Positions 20,154 to 30,906 of a DNA stretch of 64,000 bases are shown piece after piece; positions within the stretch are counted from its first letter, which is position 1, and each line of letters starts with the position of its first letter. A program made the translations under genes and the position numbers. Source of the DNA: an uncultured Actinomycetota bacterium (lineage in GTDB: Bacteria; Actinomycetota; Actinomycetes; Jiangellales; Jiangellaceae). The notes beneath the pieces were generated by a model. That model had not been told where the DNA came from. It searched no databases and saw only the letters and a list, made by a program, of their open reading frames with translations. The stretch lies in assembly GCA_963714455.1 (NCBI GenBank), contig CAVQON010000015.1, positions 340,694 to 404,693 on the forward strand. Direction: 5' to 3'.

Positions 20154-20615
20154 TCACTCGGCTGCGTCGTCGCCGGCCGGTGCTGCGCTCGAGCGCACCG
20201 GCTGGACGTAGGGCTGCTTGGTGCTGATGACCATCCACGCCTCCAGGGCGAGCCACCCGACCACGGCGATCATGAACGTGACTCCGAAGACCGGGCGCGA
20301 CCAGCCGTCCCACATGTTCAGCAGGCTCAGCGCCACGATGAACAGCACCAGCTTGACCACCCACGAGCCGAGCACGACCGCCCCCAGGGCACCGGGCGAC
20401 AGGTGCAGCGTGACCAGCGCCGTCACCACGGTGAGGGCGAAGAAGGCCGCGGGGACGAGCACGCCGATCAGCGCGCCCACAAGTCCGGCCGACCCGTCGA
20501 CCAGCCAGCCGACGAGGGCAGCCACCGGGGCGAGCACGGCGACGCCGATCAGCCCTGCCCGCAGCACGCGGCGCAGCGGTTCCAGCGGGTGCTGGGGCGA
20601 CGCGGAGGCACTCAT
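20154..20615 (-). CDS. ATP synthase protein I-like membrane protein
   Basis: 153 aa from ATG 20613-20615 with four hydrophobic segments. The rest of the 440-aa track ORF is an out-of-context Arg/Gly-rich extension through wecA. Confidence 0.6.
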   Translation of the reverse strand: MSASASPQHPLEPLRRVLRAGLIGVAVLAPVAALVGWLVDGSAGLVGALIGVLVPAAFFALTVVTALVTLHLSPGALGAVVLGSWVVKLVLFIVALSLLNMWDGWSRPVFGVTFMIAVVGWLALEAWMVISTKQPYVQPVRSSAAPAGDDAAE

Positions 20616-20632
20616 CACGACAAGGGTAGGCC

Positions 20633-21745
20633 CTAGCCCGACGGTGCCCCGGCGCGGCCGAACCAGCCGACGGGGCGGCCCAGGGTGAGCAAGACCACAC
20701 CGACGATGGCGATGCCCAGGACGACGAGCGTGGCCGTCCCGCCGACCAGAGCGATCACCACCAGCCCGAACGCGACGAGGGCCGCCCAGAACCACATGAT
20801 CGTCACCGCCCGCCGGTGCGAGTGGCCCAGGTCGAGGAGGCGGTGGTGCAGGTGCTGCTTGTCCGGGGCGAAGGGGCTTCGCCCGGCGCGGGTGCGCCGC
20901 CAGACGGCCGCCAGCAGGTCGAGGAAGGGGATGGCGATCACGGCGATCGGCAGCAGCAGGGGCAGCAGCGCCGGCAGCACAGAGCCCTCGGGCAGCAGCT
21001 GCGGGTCGAGCTGGCCGGTGAGGCTGATCGCGGCGCCGGCCAGCAGCAGCCCGATCGGCATCGAGCCGGAGTCGCCCATGAAGATGCGCGCCGGGTGCAC
21101 GTTGGCCGGCAGGAACCCCAGGCAGATGCCGGCCAGCGCCGCGCTCACCAAGGCGGGCAGGGTCATCCGGGACAAGCCCTCGACCACGGCGAGCAGGTAG
21201 GAGTAGGAGAAGAAGGCGAGCGCGCCCACGCCCACCACCCCGGCAGCGAGCCCGTCGAGGCCGTCGACGAAGTTGACCGCGTTCACCGTCACCAGCACGG
21301 TGAAGACGGTGAGGGCGACGGCGAACTCCGGTGTGAGCACCAGCGGCCCGCCGGGCAGCGGGATCCAGTACAGCTGGACGCCGGAGAGCACCATGACGCC
21401 CGCGGCCACCACCTGCCCGGCGAACTTCGTCAGGGCATCGAGGTTGAGAACGTCGTCGGCCACGCCCAGCGCACACATGACGATCGCCCCGAGCAGGATG
21501 CCGCGCGCGTCGGTCGACAGCTCGAAGACCCGTCCCAGTCGCGGGAGCGCGCTGGCCGCGGCGAACGCGGCCAGGAAGCCGCCGAGCATGGCGACCCCGC
21601 CGAGGCGCGGGATGGGGAAGTGGTGGACGTCGCGCTCGCGCACCGGCGGGACAGCGCGCCAGCGCACGGCCAAGGCACCGACCGGCCCGATGAGCAGCAG
21701 CGTGGTCGCTGCTGCGACGACCAGGACGAACAGGTACTCGCGCAC
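20633..21745 (-). CDS. wecA: undecaprenyl-phosphate GlcNAc-1-phosphate transferase (WecA/Rfe, MraY family)
   Basis: GTG 21743-21745. [15 protein letters not shown] and IFMGDSGSM motifs. 10-11 TM segments. Position as Rv1302. Confidence 0.85.
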   Translation of the reverse strand: MREYLFVLVVAAATTLLLIGPVGALAVRWRAVPPVRERDVHHFPIPRLGGVAMLGGFLAAFAAASALPRLGRVFELSTDARGILLGAIVMCALGVADDVLNLDALTKFAGQVVAAGVMVLSGVQLYWIPLPGGPLVLTPEFAVALTVFTVLVTVNAVNFVDGLDGLAAGVVGVGALAFFSYSYLLAVVEGLSRMTLPALVSAALAGICLGFLPANVHPARIFMGDSGSMPIGLLLAGAAISLTGQLDPQLLPEGSVLPALLPLLLPIAVIAIPFLDLLAAVWRRTRAGRSPFAPDKQHLHHRLLDLGHSHRRAVTIMWFWAALVAFGLVVIALVGGTATLVVLGIAIVGVVLLTLGRPVGWFGRAGAPSG

Positions 21746-21767
21746 GCGGGGTGCCGGCCGCTCCTGC

Positions 21768-23024
21768 TCAGCCCTGCGGGTAGGCGGGGAAGGCGGACAC
21801 CAGGTCGCGCACCTCGTCGGCGACGGACTGTGCTGACCCGGAGCCCTCGCGGACCGCACGCGCGATGAGTGCGGCCACCTGGCCCATCTGCGCGACGCCC
21901 ATGCCCTGCGTGGTCACCGACGGGGTGCCCACCCGGATCCCCGACGCCACGCTCGGCGGCTGCGGGTCGAAGGGGATGGCGTTCTTGTTGAGCACGATGC
22001 CGGCGGCGTCGCAGCGCTGCTCGGCCTCGGTGCCGGTGACCCCGAGCTCGCGCAGGTCGATCAGCGCCAGGTGGGTGTCGGTGCCCCCGCCGACCGCGCG
22101 CATGCCGTGCTCGACCAGCCCGCGCGTCAGGGCCTGGGCGTTGTCGATCACCTGGCGTGCGTACTGCTGGTAGGCCGGCGTCGCCGCCTCGGCCAGGGCC
22201 ACGGCCTTGGCCGCCACCGCGTGCATGAGCGGGCCACCCTGCATCATCGGGAACACGGCCTTGTCGAGGGCCTTGGCGTGCTCGGCGCGGCTGACGATCA
22301 TGCCGCCGCGGGGGCCGCGCAGCACCTTGTGCGTGGTGAAGGTGACGACGTCGGCGTAGGGCACCGGCGAGGGGATGGCGCCGCCGGCGACCAGGCCGAT
22401 GAAGTGCGCGGCGTCGACCATGAAGATCGCCCCGACCTCGTCGGCGATCTCGCGGAAGGCGGGAAAGTCGATCAGGCCGGGGATCGCCGACCCGCCGGCG
22501 ATGATCATCTTGGGTCGGTGCGTGCGGGCCAGGTCGCGCACCTGGTCGTAGTCGATCTGCTCGGTGTCCGGCGACACCCCGTAGTGCACGGGGGTGAACC
22601 AGGAGCCGGAGAACGACACCTTTGCGCCGTGGGTGAGGTGCCCGCCGTGCGGCAGGCTCATGGCCAGGTACGTGTCCCCCGGGGACAGGAACGCCCCGAA
22701 GGCAGCGATGTTCGCGCTCGCGCCGGAGTGCGGCTGCAGGTTGGCGTGCTCGGCGCCGAAGAGCTGCTTGGCTCGGGCGACCCCGATCTCTTCGGCCTTG
22801 TCGACCTCCACGCACCCGCCGTAGTAGCGCCGCCCGGGGTACCCCTCGGCGTACTTGTTCGACAGCGTCGACCCGAGCGTGGCCAGCACGGCCGGCGAGG
22901 TGAAGTTCTCGCTGGCGATCAGCTGCAGCCCGGCCCGTTGCCGGTCGAGCTCGGCGAGGACGATCTCGGCGATCGCCGGGTCGGTCTGTTCCAGCTGGGC
23001 GAAGCTGGGGCCCCAGAACGTCAT
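21768..23024 (-). CDS. glyA: serine hydroxymethyltransferase
   Basis: [36 protein letters not shown] and the PLP-lysine motif [12 protein letters not shown]. Confidence 0.97.
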   Translation of the reverse strand: MTFWGPSFAQLEQTDPAIAEIVLAELDRQRAGLQLIASENFTSPAVLATLGSTLSNKYAEGYPGRRYYGGCVEVDKAEEIGVARAKQLFGAEHANLQPHSGASANIAAFGAFLSPGDTYLAMSLPHGGHLTHGAKVSFSGSWFTPVHYGVSPDTEQIDYDQVRDLARTHRPKMIIAGGSAIPGLIDFPAFREIADEVGAIFMVDAAHFIGLVAGGAIPSPVPYADVVTFTTHKVLRGPRGGMIVSRAEHAKALDKAVFPMMQGGPLMHAVAAKAVALAEAATPAYQQYARQVIDNAQALTRGLVEHGMRAVGGGTDTHLALIDLRELGVTGTEAEQRCDAAGIVLNKNAIPFDPQPPSVASGIRVGTPSVTTQGMGVAQMGQVAALIARAVREGSGSAQSVADEVRDLVSAFPAYPQG

Positions 23025-23623
23025 GACGCAGTCCCCTTCGGGTCGGGTGGGCCCACTCTAGGCGGCGCCACCAGCCCGGCTGCGATCGCCGCGACGGCGG
23101 CGGCGATCTCGTCGCGGCACCGGCGGTAGACCGGCAGGGGCGATCCGTAGGGGTCGCGGACGTCGTCGTCGGCGGCGGCGACGCGAACCGCCCCGCGGGC
23201 TGCAGCGGCCGCCGCCACCAGTCCCCGCGCTCGTTCGTGCCCCGAGGTGTCCGCGGCGACGACGCCGCCGGTGTGCGTGGTCAGGCGCGCGAACTCGCGC
23301 AGGGTGAACGTACGGCGCAGGGCGGCCGGCTCGTGCCCCAGCACCGCCACGCGGTGCTCGCGAGTGGCGGTGAGCACCAAGGATGCATCGCGGATCATGG
23401 CCGGGGTGAGCTCGCGGGCGCGAAAGGCCCCCTCGTCGACGCCGATCTCGGCCAGCGCCGCCGCGGCGTTGCGCTCCATGGGCGCACCCTCGTGCCCCCA
23501 GGTGCCGGCGCTCGTGACGACCAGGTCGGGCTCGGCCTCGAGCGCGGCCGTCATGAGCCGCTCGCCCATGGCCGAGCGGGCGATGTTGCCCGTGCAGACG
23601 ACGAGGATGCCGAAGTCGGTCAT
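23021..23623 (-). CDS. low-molecular-weight protein-tyrosine phosphatase family protein
   Basis: P-loop VVCTGNIARS (C-x5-R-S) and a DPY acid loop. ATGA overlaps at both ends. Confidence 0.8.
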   Translation of the reverse strand: MTDFGILVVCTGNIARSAMGERLMTAALEAEPDLVVTSAGTWGHEGAPMERNAAAALAEIGVDEGAFRARELTPAMIRDASLVLTATREHRVAVLGHEPAALRRTFTLREFARLTTHTGGVVAADTSGHERARGLVAAAAAARGAVRVAAADDDVRDPYGSPLPVYRRCRDEIAAAVAAIAAGLVAPPRVGPPDPKGTAS

Positions 23624-24240
23624 CGCGGCGCCTCGTGGACGAGGTCACCGGCGACGGGCACCAGGCGATCATGCCCGAGCGCGCCGGCGCGCAGCAGCAC
23701 CGGGGGATCGACCCGCACGTCCACCACCGAGGACCGCTCGCTCGGCCACGGCGGCGGACCGGCGTCGAGAACGACGTCGATGCCCGGCGTCTCGTGCCCG
23801 GCCGGGTCGACGTCCAACGGCGGGTCGGCGCCCACCAGGACGCACGGCCCGGTGCCGGCGATCACCTCGAGCGCGACGGGGTGCAGGGGCATCCGCACCG
23901 TCAGCGTGCGCCCACCACCACCGGCGGCCCAGGCCAACGACGGCTGCGCGCGGCACACGATGGTCAGCGGACCCGGCCAGAACGCCTCGACCAGGCTCTG
24001 GCCTGCTGGGGTGAGACGTTCGGCGATACCGCGCAGCATGCTCAACGAGCTGACCGCCACCGGGAGCGCGGCGTCGTCCGGCCGGTTCTTCAGCGCACGG
24101 ACGGCAGGCACCCCGGTCGGGGAGAACGCGTCGACGAGCACCGCGTACACCGACTCCGTCGGCAGCAGCACGACGCGGCCCCGCTTGGCGCTCGTGCTGG
24201 CGGCCTTGATGCCCTGGCCGCGAGTGAGCGGCTGGGTCAT
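23620..24240 (-). CDS. L-threonylcarbamoyladenylate synthase (Sua5/YrdC/TsaC family)
   Basis: 206 aa from ATG 24238-24240. VVLLPTESVYAVLVDAF...VRALKNRP is a YrdC-domain pattern. Position as Rv1301. Confidence 0.85.
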   Translation of the reverse strand: MTQPLTRGQGIKAASTSAKRGRVVLLPTESVYAVLVDAFSPTGVPAVRALKNRPDDAALPVAVSSLSMLRGIAERLTPAGQSLVEAFWPGPLTIVCRAQPSLAWAAGGGGRTLTVRMPLHPVALEVIAGTGPCVLVGADPPLDVDPAGHETPGIDVVLDAGPPPWPSERSSVVDVRVDPPVLLRAGALGHDRLVPVAGDLVHEAPR

Positions 24241-24254
24241 GTCGAAGCGGCGGG

Positions 24255-25097
24255 TCACCGGTCGCCTCCGGCCCGCCGTGCGGTCACGTACCGCGGCCGG
24301 TCGGTGAGGTCGCGGTGGCACCCGACGTCGCGCCACCCCTCGTCCAGCAGCCCTGCGACGGCCTCGGCCTGGCGGTCGGCGTGCTCCACCACGAGCAGCC
24401 CGCCGGGGACGAGCAACCGTGCCGCGCTGGCCACGACCGCTCGGACCTCACCCAAGCCGTCGGGTCCGGAGCCGTAGAGCGCACGTGCCGGGTCGTGGTC
24501 GCGCACCTCCGGGTCGACGGGCACCCCGTCGGGCGGGATGTAGGGAGGGTTGCTGACGACGACGTCGACGCGACCGTCGAGCTCGACCAGGCAGTGGGCG
24601 AGGTCGCCGCGGTGCAGGTGCACCCGGCTGCCGGCGACGTTGCGTGCAGCCCAGGCGTACGCGGCGTCGTCGGCCTCGACGGCGTGCACCACGGCACCCG
24701 GTACCTCGTGGGCGACCGAGAGGGCGATGACGCCGGTGCCGGTGCCGAGGTCGACGACGACGGGCAGCCGGCCCGCCGACGCCAGTCGGGCGGCCTCGGC
24801 GACCGCCGCCTCGGTGACCACCTCAGTCTCTGGGCGGGGAACAAAGACCCCCGGCCCGACGGCAACCTCGAGGTGCCGGAACCACGCCCGCCCGAGCAGG
24901 TGCTGCAGGGGCTCGCGCTGCGCCCGGCGTCTGACCAGGTGCCAGTACGGCTCCCCCGGGTCGGGGGCGTGTCGCAGCTCGGTGCGGGCCAGGCCGACGC
25001 CGTCGACCGCCAGCAGCTCGGCGTCCACGCGTGGGCTGGGCACACCGGCCTCGGCCAGGACGGCGACGGCGCGGTCCAGCCAGCCCGCGGCGGTCAT
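24255..25097 (-). CDS. prmC: release factor glutamine N5-methyltransferase
   Basis: SAM motif [13 protein letters not shown] and catalytic SNPPYIP. ATGA overlap with the prfA stop. Confidence 0.9.
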   Translation of the reverse strand: MTAAGWLDRAVAVLAEAGVPSPRVDAELLAVDGVGLARTELRHAPDPGEPYWHLVRRRAQREPLQHLLGRAWFRHLEVAVGPGVFVPRPETEVVTEAAVAEAARLASAGRLPVVVDLGTGTGVIALSVAHEVPGAVVHAVEADDAAYAWAARNVAGSRVHLHRGDLAHCLVELDGRVDVVVSNPPYIPPDGVPVDPEVRDHDPARALYGSGPDGLGEVRAVVASAARLLVPGGLLVVEHADRQAEAVAGLLDEGWRDVGCHRDLTDRPRYVTARRAGGDR

Positions 25098-26200
25098 GAG
25101 CCGGCGGCCGTGCGCTCCAGCGCGGCCACGCGCCGCTCGAGGTCGTCGGCCACCAGCGCGTCCACGACGCCGTCGAGGTCACCGGCGAGCACGTGGTCGA
25201 GGTTGTAGGCCTTGTAGCCGACCCGGTGGTCGGAGATGCGGTTCTCCGGAAAGTTGTACGTGCGCACCCGCTCGGAACGGTCGACGGTGCGCACCTGGCT
25301 GCGCCGCTCGGCCGCGGCCTCGGCGGCCGCCTCCTCGCGCGCCTGGGCCAGCAGCCGGGCCCGCAGGATGCGCATCGCCTGCTCCCGGTTCTGCAGCTGC
25401 GACTTCTCGTTCTGGCACGAGACGACGGTGCCGGTCGGCAGGTGGGTGATGCGCACGGCCGAGTCGGTGGTGTTGACGCTCTGCCCACCCGGGCCGGACG
25501 AGCGGTACACGTCCACCCGAAGGTCGTTCGGGTCGATGGGGATCTCGTCCACCTCCGACGCCTCGGGCATGACGAGAACGCCGGCTGCACTGGTGTGGAT
25601 GCGTCCCTGGCTCTCGGTGACCGGCACCCGCTGCACCCGGTGCACGCCGCCCTCGTACTTCAGCCGGGCCCCGGGCATCTGGTCGGGGTCGAGGCCGGCC
25701 TTGCCGCGCACGGCCACGGTCGCGCTGGAGATGCCCCCCAGCGGCGTCTCCTCGTGGTCGATCAGCTCGGTCTTCCAGCCCTGGCGGTCGGCGTAGCGCT
25801 GGTACATGCGCATCAGGTCGGCGGCGAACAGCGCCGACTCGTCGCCGCCCTCACCGGCCTTGATCTCCATCAGCACCGGGCGGGCGTCGTCGGGGTCGCG
25901 CGGGAGCAGCGCGCTGCGCAGCCGGTCGGCGAGCCGGGCGACCTCGACCTGGAGCGACACGGCCTCGGCGGCGAAGCTCTCGTCGTCCTCGGCGAAGTCA
26001 CGCGCGACCTCGGCGTCGTCCACAGCCTGCCGGTACGCCTGGTAGGTGGCAGCCGCGGAGGCCAGCGAGGAGTGACGTTGCCCGAGCTCGCGCATGCGGC
26101 CCGGCTGGGTGTGCAGGTCGGGGTCGGCGAGGGCGCGCTCAAGATCGGCGAGCTCACCCGCCAGCTCGTCGGCGCGTTTCAGCAGCGGCCGCGGGAGCAC
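25094..26200 (-). CDS. prfA: peptide chain release factor 1
   Basis: PVT tripeptide ([16 protein letters not shown]) and GGQ ([10 protein letters not shown]). I place the start at GTG 26198-26200, 7 nt after the rpmE stop. The track's upstream extension overlaps rpmE. Confidence 0.95.
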   Translation of the reverse strand: MLPRPLLKRADELAGELADLERALADPDLHTQPGRMRELGQRHSSLASAAATYQAYRQAVDDAEVARDFAEDDESFAAEAVSLQVEVARLADRLRSALLPRDPDDARPVLMEIKAGEGGDESALFAADLMRMYQRYADRQGWKTELIDHEETPLGGISSATVAVRGKAGLDPDQMPGARLKYEGGVHRVQRVPVTESQGRIHTSAAGVLVMPEASEVDEIPIDPNDLRVDVYRSSGPGGQSVNTTDSAVRITHLPTGTVVSCQNEKSQLQNREQAMRILRARLLAQAREEAAAEAAAERRSQVRTVDRSERVRTYNFPENRISDHRVGYKAYNLDHVLAGDLDGVVDALVADDLERRVAALERTAAGS

Positions 26201-26207
26201 CTCGACG

Positions 26208-26435
26208 CTACTTGGCGTCCTTCGAGGCGCCCTTTCGTGCGTAGCGCGCCTCGAAGCGGGCGACCCGGCCACCGGTGTCGAGGATCTTCTGCTTGCCCGT
26301 GTAGAACGGGTGGCAGGCCGAGCACACCTCGGCGTGCAGCGTGCCGGTACGCGACGTGCTGCGCGTGACGAACGTCGACCCACAGCTGCAGGTGACCTCG
26401 GTGGCGTGGTACTCGGGGTGGATCTCGGGCTTCAT
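26208..26435 (-). CDS. rpmE: 50S ribosomal protein L31 (zinc-ribbon, C+ form)
   Basis: 75 aa: [22 protein letters not shown]...[13 protein letters not shown]. Confidence 0.97.
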   Translation of the reverse strand: MKPEIHPEYHATEVTCSCGSTFVTRSTSRTGTLHAEVCSACHPFYTGKQKILDTGGRVARFEARYARKGASKDAK

Positions 26436-26531
26436 GGGGTTCTCCCTCGTGGTGCGTCCGGGTCGCTGGTCGACGTAGACCGGCGTGAACCGGAAGCGGG
26501 GTGTGGTGGGAAGTATTCCAGCCGGCGGCGT

Positions 26532-26549
26532 CGCCACCAAACGGTGGCG
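26532..26549 (-). terminator. 7-bp GC hairpin CGCCACC-AAAC-GGTGGCG after the zinc-ribbon gene (weak terminator candidate, no U-tract)
   Basis: Inverted repeat read directly, 23 nt downstream of the 26572 stop on the minus strand. Confidence 0.3.
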
Positions 26550-26571
26550 GGCCGCGGGGTGCGGCCGGAGG

Positions 26572-26889
26572 TCAGAGACGGGCGTCGAGCCAGGCGGTGA
26601 AGGCGTCCCACTGCTGGACGACCCAGTCCCACACGGGCTCGGCCACGTTGACGGCCAGCACGACGAGACCGACGAGGATCAGCAGCCCGAGAATGAGGTT
26701 GACCGGGTTCATCCGGCGGGTCTTGCGCACCGGGGTGCGCTCCACGGGCGTCAACCCCGCCCGGTCGGACTCGCAGCCCGGGCACTGGTTCCACGTGGCC
26801 TTGTTGTCACGTCCGCAGCGCGGGCACGTCCACGGGCTGCTCAGCGCAGCCTCGCCCACGGCGTCCTCGACCGGCATGCGATCACTCAT
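26572..26889 (-). CDS. zinc-ribbon membrane protein, function unknown
   Basis: 105 aa. CPRC-x11-CPGC, then one TM ([18 protein letters not shown]) and a Trp-rich tail. Its ATG overlaps the rho stop (ATGA). High GC3. Confidence 0.7.
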   Translation of the reverse strand: MSDRMPVEDAVGEAALSSPWTCPRCGRDNKATWNQCPGCESDRAGLTPVERTPVRKTRRMNPVNLILGLLILVGLVVLAVNVAEPVWDWVVQQWDAFTAWLDARL

Positions 26890-28658
26890 GAGACGTCCTC
26901 CCCTGCACCCGGAGCGGACGGCGTCGTCTTCGCCACCTGCATCAAGAACTCGTAGTTCGACGACGTCTGCCGCAGCTTGGTGAGCAGCAAGTCTATTGCC
27001 TGCTGGTCGTCGAGGGCAGCCAGCACCCGGCGCAGCTTCCAGACGACCTTGAGCTCGTCGGGCGCGAGCAGGATCTCCTCCTTGCGCGTGCCGGAGGCGT
27101 CGACGTCCACGGACGGGAAGATGCGCTTGTCAGCGAGCTGGCGAGAGAGCTTGAGCTCCATGTTCCCGGTGCCCTTGAACTCCTCGAAGATCACCTCGTC
27201 CATCTTCGAGCCCGTCTCGACCAGCGCGGTGGCCAAGATGGTGAGCGACCCGCCGTTCTCGATGTTGCGTGCGGCCCCGAAGAACCGCTTGGGCGGGTAG
27301 AGCGCGCTGGAGTCGACGCCGCCGGACAGGATGCGTCCGCTCGCCGGGGCGGCGATGTTGTAAGCGCGGCCCAGCCTGGTGATCGAGTCGAGCAGCACGA
27401 CGACGTCGTGGCCGAGCTCGACCAGGCGGCGGGCGCGTTCGATGGCCAGCTCGGCCACGGTCGTGTGGTCGTCGGCGGGTCGGTCGAACGTCGAGGCGAT
27501 CACCTCGCCCTTGACGGTGCGCTGCATGTCGGTGACCTCTTCGGGCCGCTCGTCGACCAGCACGACCATCAGGTGGCACTCGGGGTTGTTGGTCGTGATC
27601 GCGTTGGCGATCGCCTGCAGCACCATCGTCTTGCCGGCCTTGGGTGGCGAGACGATGAGCCCGCGCTGGCCCTTGCCGATCGGCGCGACCAGGTCGATGA
27701 CCCGCGGGGTCATCAGCTGGGGCTCGGTCTCCAGGCGCAGGCGGTCCTGCGGGTAGAGCGGGACGAGCTTGCTGAACTCCGCCCGGTTGCCCGCAGACTC
27801 GGGGTCGGCGCCGTTGACGGTGTCGACACGCACGAGCGCGTTGAACTTCTGCTGCTTCTCCCCCTCACGTGGCTGCCGGATGGCGCCGGTGATGGCGTCA
27901 CCCTTGCGCAGGTTGTTGCGCCGCACCATCGCGAGGGAGACGTAGACGTCGTTGGGGCCGGGCAGGTAGCCCGAGGTGCGCACGAACGCGTAGCTGTCGA
28001 GCACGTCGAGGATGCCGGCGACGGGGATGAGCACGTCGTCGTCGGTGACCACCTGCTCGGCACGGTCGTTGCGGTCGGTGCGCGTGCGGTCGTTGCGGTC
28101 GTTGCGGTCGCGCCCGCGGCGGCGCCGACGCCGACCGGACCGGTCGAAGTCGTCGTCGGTGCGGCTCTCCGCCGCGTTCTGCGTGCGGGGCGACGAGCCG
28201 GTGTCGTCGCGGCTCGCCTGGCGGGCGTCCGGGCCCTCCTCGGCGCGACGCGCCTGCCCACCGCCGGCACGGGCGGGCCGGTCGTCGCCCTGGCGGTCAG
28301 CCTGGCGCTCGGGCTGCTGGTCGGGCTGGCGCGCGGGCTGCTGGTCGGGCTGGCGCTCTGGGGTGCGCTCGGGCTGCTGCTGCTGCGCCTTGCGGGGGGC
28401 CTGCCGAGGCTGCGACGAGGCGTCACCCGGTGCGGGCGCTGACCCGGCCTGGACCTGCTTGATCGCGTCGATGAGCTGGCTCTTGCGCATGCGGGCGGTG
28501 CCGGCGATTCCCATGCCCGACGCCATCTGCTGCAGCTCGGCGAGCTTGAGGGCGGTCAGCCCGCCCGAGCGAGGTCGCGTCGCCCGCCCGTTGGCGGGGG
28601 CGTCGGGCGAGCCGGCCTCGGCGGCCGGCGGGGCGAGCGTCTCGGTGCTGTCGGTCAA
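26886..28658 (-). CDS. rho: transcription termination factor Rho with Arg/Asp/Gln-rich insertion
   Basis: TTG 28656-28658 after AGAAGGG. Rho_N helix LTALKLAELQQMASGMGIAGTARMRKSQLIDAI, CSD-like FVRTSGYLPGPNDVYVS, Walker A PPKAGKT. Confidence 0.95.
   Translation of the reverse strand: MTDSTETLAPPAAEAGSPDAPANGRATRPRSGGLTALKLAELQQMASGMGIAGTARMRKSQLIDAIKQVQAGSAPAPGDASSQPRQAPRKAQQQQPERTPERQPDQQPARQPDQQPERQADRQGDDRPARAGGGQARRAEEGPDARQASRDDTGSSPRTQNAAESRTDDDFDRSGRRRRRRGRDRNDRNDRTRTDRNDRAEQVVTDDDVLIPVAGILDVLDSYAFVRTSGYLPGPNDVYVSLAMVRRNNLRKGDAITGAIRQPREGEKQQKFNALVRVDTVNGADPESAGNRAEFSKLVPLYPQDRLRLETEPQLMTPRVIDLVAPIGKGQRGLIVSPPKAGKTMVLQAIANAITTNNPECHLMVVLVDERPEEVTDMQRTVKGEVIASTFDRPADDHTTVAELAIERARRLVELGHDVVVLLDSITRLGRAYNIAAPASGRILSGGVDSSALYPPKRFFGAARNIENGGSLTILATALVETGSKMDEVIFEEFKGTGNMELKLSRQLADKRIFPSVDVDASGTRKEEILLAPDELKVVWKLRRVLAALDDQQAIDLLLTKLRQTSSNYEFLMQVAKTTPSAPGAGEDVS
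28301..28360 (-). repeat. 24-nt tandem repeat in the rho insertion domain
   Basis: GGGCTGCTGGTCGGGCTGGCGC occurs at 28311-28332 and 28335-28356 and encodes (E/A)RQPDQQP units. A separate 9-nt unit GGTCGTTGC repeats at 28064-28105 (RND units). Confidence 0.85.
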
Positions 28659-28906
28659 CGAGGACCCTTCTCTCTCACGTACCGGGAGCGTCCCGGTCGC
28701 AGACGTGGACCGCAGGTAGCGGAGCCACCCGCGGCACGGGCTGGGGAGTGAACTACCGACGCTCACGCGTGCGTCACGGACGCCTGCGACGAGCGAGCGG
28801 GAGGAGTGGTGACGACCACGAACGGGTCGATCACTGCTGTCAGACAGTAACACGCCGGGCCAGGCTCACCATTCCCGGCGCCACACCGTATCCGTGTCGT
28901 GACCTG

Positions 28907-29845
28907 CTACTCCCCCGAACGGATGAGTACCTGCGCCCCGTCGGGATCGACGTCGAGAGGCCACGCCACCCACGACTCCGGGACCTCGACGTCGGCACCG
29001 GAGTCACCGACCGTGCCGAGCACGAGCACGCTGGGCCCCGCCCCGGAGATCACGGCAGCCAGGCCGCGCGCGCGCAGACGCTCGACGAGCGCCATCGACT
29101 CCGGGAACGCCCCGGCGCGGTACGGCTGGTGCAGCCGGTCGTCGGTGGCGGCGAGCAACAGCTCTGGGTGCGCGGTGAGCGCGCTGACGAGCAGTGCGCT
29201 GCGCCCGACGTTGAAGGCGGCCACCCGGTGCGGGACCGACTGCGGGATCATCCCGCGGGCCCGGGCCGTGCTCAGCGTGTCCACCGGGACGAGGACGACA
29301 GGGGCCACCCGGGCGTCGACCGGCAGCCGAGCAGCGTGCACGTGACCGCCCGCGTCGCTCCACACCAGCGTCAAGCCACCGAGCAGCGCCGCACCGACGT
29401 TGTCGGCATGGCCCTCGAACTCGCTGGCCAGCTCGAGAAGCCGGGCTCGGGGCAGGGCGTCCTCGACCCCGGCGGCCCGCGCGAACGTCTGCGCGACGAG
29501 CAGGCCGGCGACGGTCGCCGCGGCCGACGACCCCAGCCCGCGTCCGTGCGGGATGCGGTTGGTGGCGCGCAGAGCGAGCCCGGGCTGGGCGACACCGGCT
29601 GCGTCGAGGCCGGCCCGCACCGCCCGCAGCACGAGGTGCGACTCGTCGGTCGGAACGTTCTGCGCCCCCTGACCGCTCACGTCGACGCTGCAGCCCGACG
29701 CGGTGGCGCGCACGTCGACGTCGTCGTAGAGACCGAGCGACAACCCCGCGGCGTCGAACGCCGGGCCGAGGTTCGCGCTCGTGGCGGGTACCTGCACCCG
29801 CGTTGCCGTCCCGGTGGGCACCTGGGCCGAGGTGGGTGCGCTCAC
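28907..29845 (-). CDS. thrB: homoserine kinase
   Basis: GHMP kinase motif [16 protein letters not shown] overlap with the thrC stop. Confidence 0.92.
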   Translation of the reverse strand: MSAPTSAQVPTGTATRVQVPATSANLGPAFDAAGLSLGLYDDVDVRATASGCSVDVSGQGAQNVPTDESHLVLRAVRAGLDAAGVAQPGLALRATNRIPHGRGLGSSAAATVAGLLVAQTFARAAGVEDALPRARLLELASEFEGHADNVGAALLGGLTLVWSDAGGHVHAARLPVDARVAPVVLVPVDTLSTARARGMIPQSVPHRVAAFNVGRSALLVSALTAHPELLLAATDDRLHQPYRAGAFPESMALVERLRARGLAAVISGAGPSVLVLGTVGDSGADVEVPESWVAWPLDVDPDGAQVLIRSGE

Positions 29846-30906
29846 GCCAGCCCGAGGGCCTCGGCGGCTGCGTCCGCGTCGACGCGCACGACGGTGGGGT
29901 CGAGGTCACCGTGGTGGTCCATGGCGGTGTCGATGTCTTTGAGGCCCACCCCGGTGACGGTGACGACCACGCGCTGACCCGCGGCCAGGGTGCCGTCGCG
30001 CGCGGCTTCGAGAAGCCCTGCCACCGGCGCCGCCGACGCGGGCTCGACGAACAGGCCGTCGTGGGCAGCCAGGGCAGCCTGCGCGTCGAGGATGGCGGTG
30101 TCGTCGACGGCGGTGATCGCACCGCCGGACTCGTCGCGCGCGGCGATCGCCAGGTCCCAGGAGGCGGGGTTGCCGATGCGGATGGCGGTGGCCACGGTCT
30201 CCGGCGTGCGCACGGGCTCGCCGGAGACGAGGGGGGCCGCACCCGTCGCCTGCACGCCCCACATGCGCGGGCGGTGGCTCGCGGGTCCGTCCGCGGCGTA
30301 CTCGCAGTAGCCCAGCCAGTAGGCGGAGATGTTGCCGGCGTTCCCGGTCGGCAGGACGTGCAGGTCAGGGGCGTCACCCAAGTAGTCGACGACCTCGAAG
30401 GCCCCGGTCTTCTGCCCCTGCAGGCGGAAGGGGTTGACGGAGTTGACCAAGGCGACGGGGTAGCGGTCGGAGAGCTCGCGGGCCAGGTCGAGGCAGTCGT
30501 CGAAGTTGCCGTCCACCTGAAGCACCTGGGCGCCGTGCATGACGGCCTGGGCGAGCTTGCCCTTGGCGATCTTGCCGGCCGGGATGAGCACCACCGGGGT
30601 CATGTCGGCCGCGGCGGCGTAGGCGGCCGCCGACGCACTGGTGTTGCCGGTGGACGCGCACACCACAGCCTTGGCGCCATCCTCGGCGGCCTTGGAGATG
30701 GCCAGGGTCATGCCCCGGTCCTTGAACGACCCGGTCGGGTTGCAGCCCTCGACCTTGCAGTAGACGTCGCAGCCGGTCTGCGCCGACAGCCAGGCCGCCC
30801 GCACCAACGGCGTGCCGCCCTCGTGCAGCGTGATCACCGGTGTCGCGGCCGTGACCGGTAGCCGGTCGCGGTACTCCTCGATCACGCCCCGCCACAGGTG
30901 TGCCAT
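29842..30906 (-). CDS. thrC: threonine synthase
   Basis: PLP-lysine motif [11 protein letters not shown]. 354 aa. Confidence 0.95.
   Translation of the reverse strand: MAHLWRGVIEEYRDRLPVTAATPVITLHEGGTPLVRAAWLSAQTGCDVYCKVEGCNPTGSFKDRGMTLAISKAAEDGAKAVVCASTGNTSASAAAYAAAADMTPVVLIPAGKIAKGKLAQAVMHGAQVLQVDGNFDDCLDLARELSDRYPVALVNSVNPFRLQGQKTGAFEVVDYLGDAPDLHVLPTGNAGNISAYWLGYCEYAADGPASHRPRMWGVQATGAAPLVSGEPVRTPETVATAIRIGNPASWDLAIAARDESGGAITAVDDTAILDAQAALAAHDGLFVEPASAAPVAGLLEAARDGTLAAGQRVVVTVTGVGLKDIDTAMDHHGDLDPTVVRVDADAAAEALGLA

Noticed and set aside
28056-28448. Short GC-rich tandem repeats considered as a possible CRISPR or mini-satellite locus
   Set aside because: The repeats are in frame inside rho, contiguous without unique spacers, and encode its hydrophilic insertion. 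No cas genes are present.
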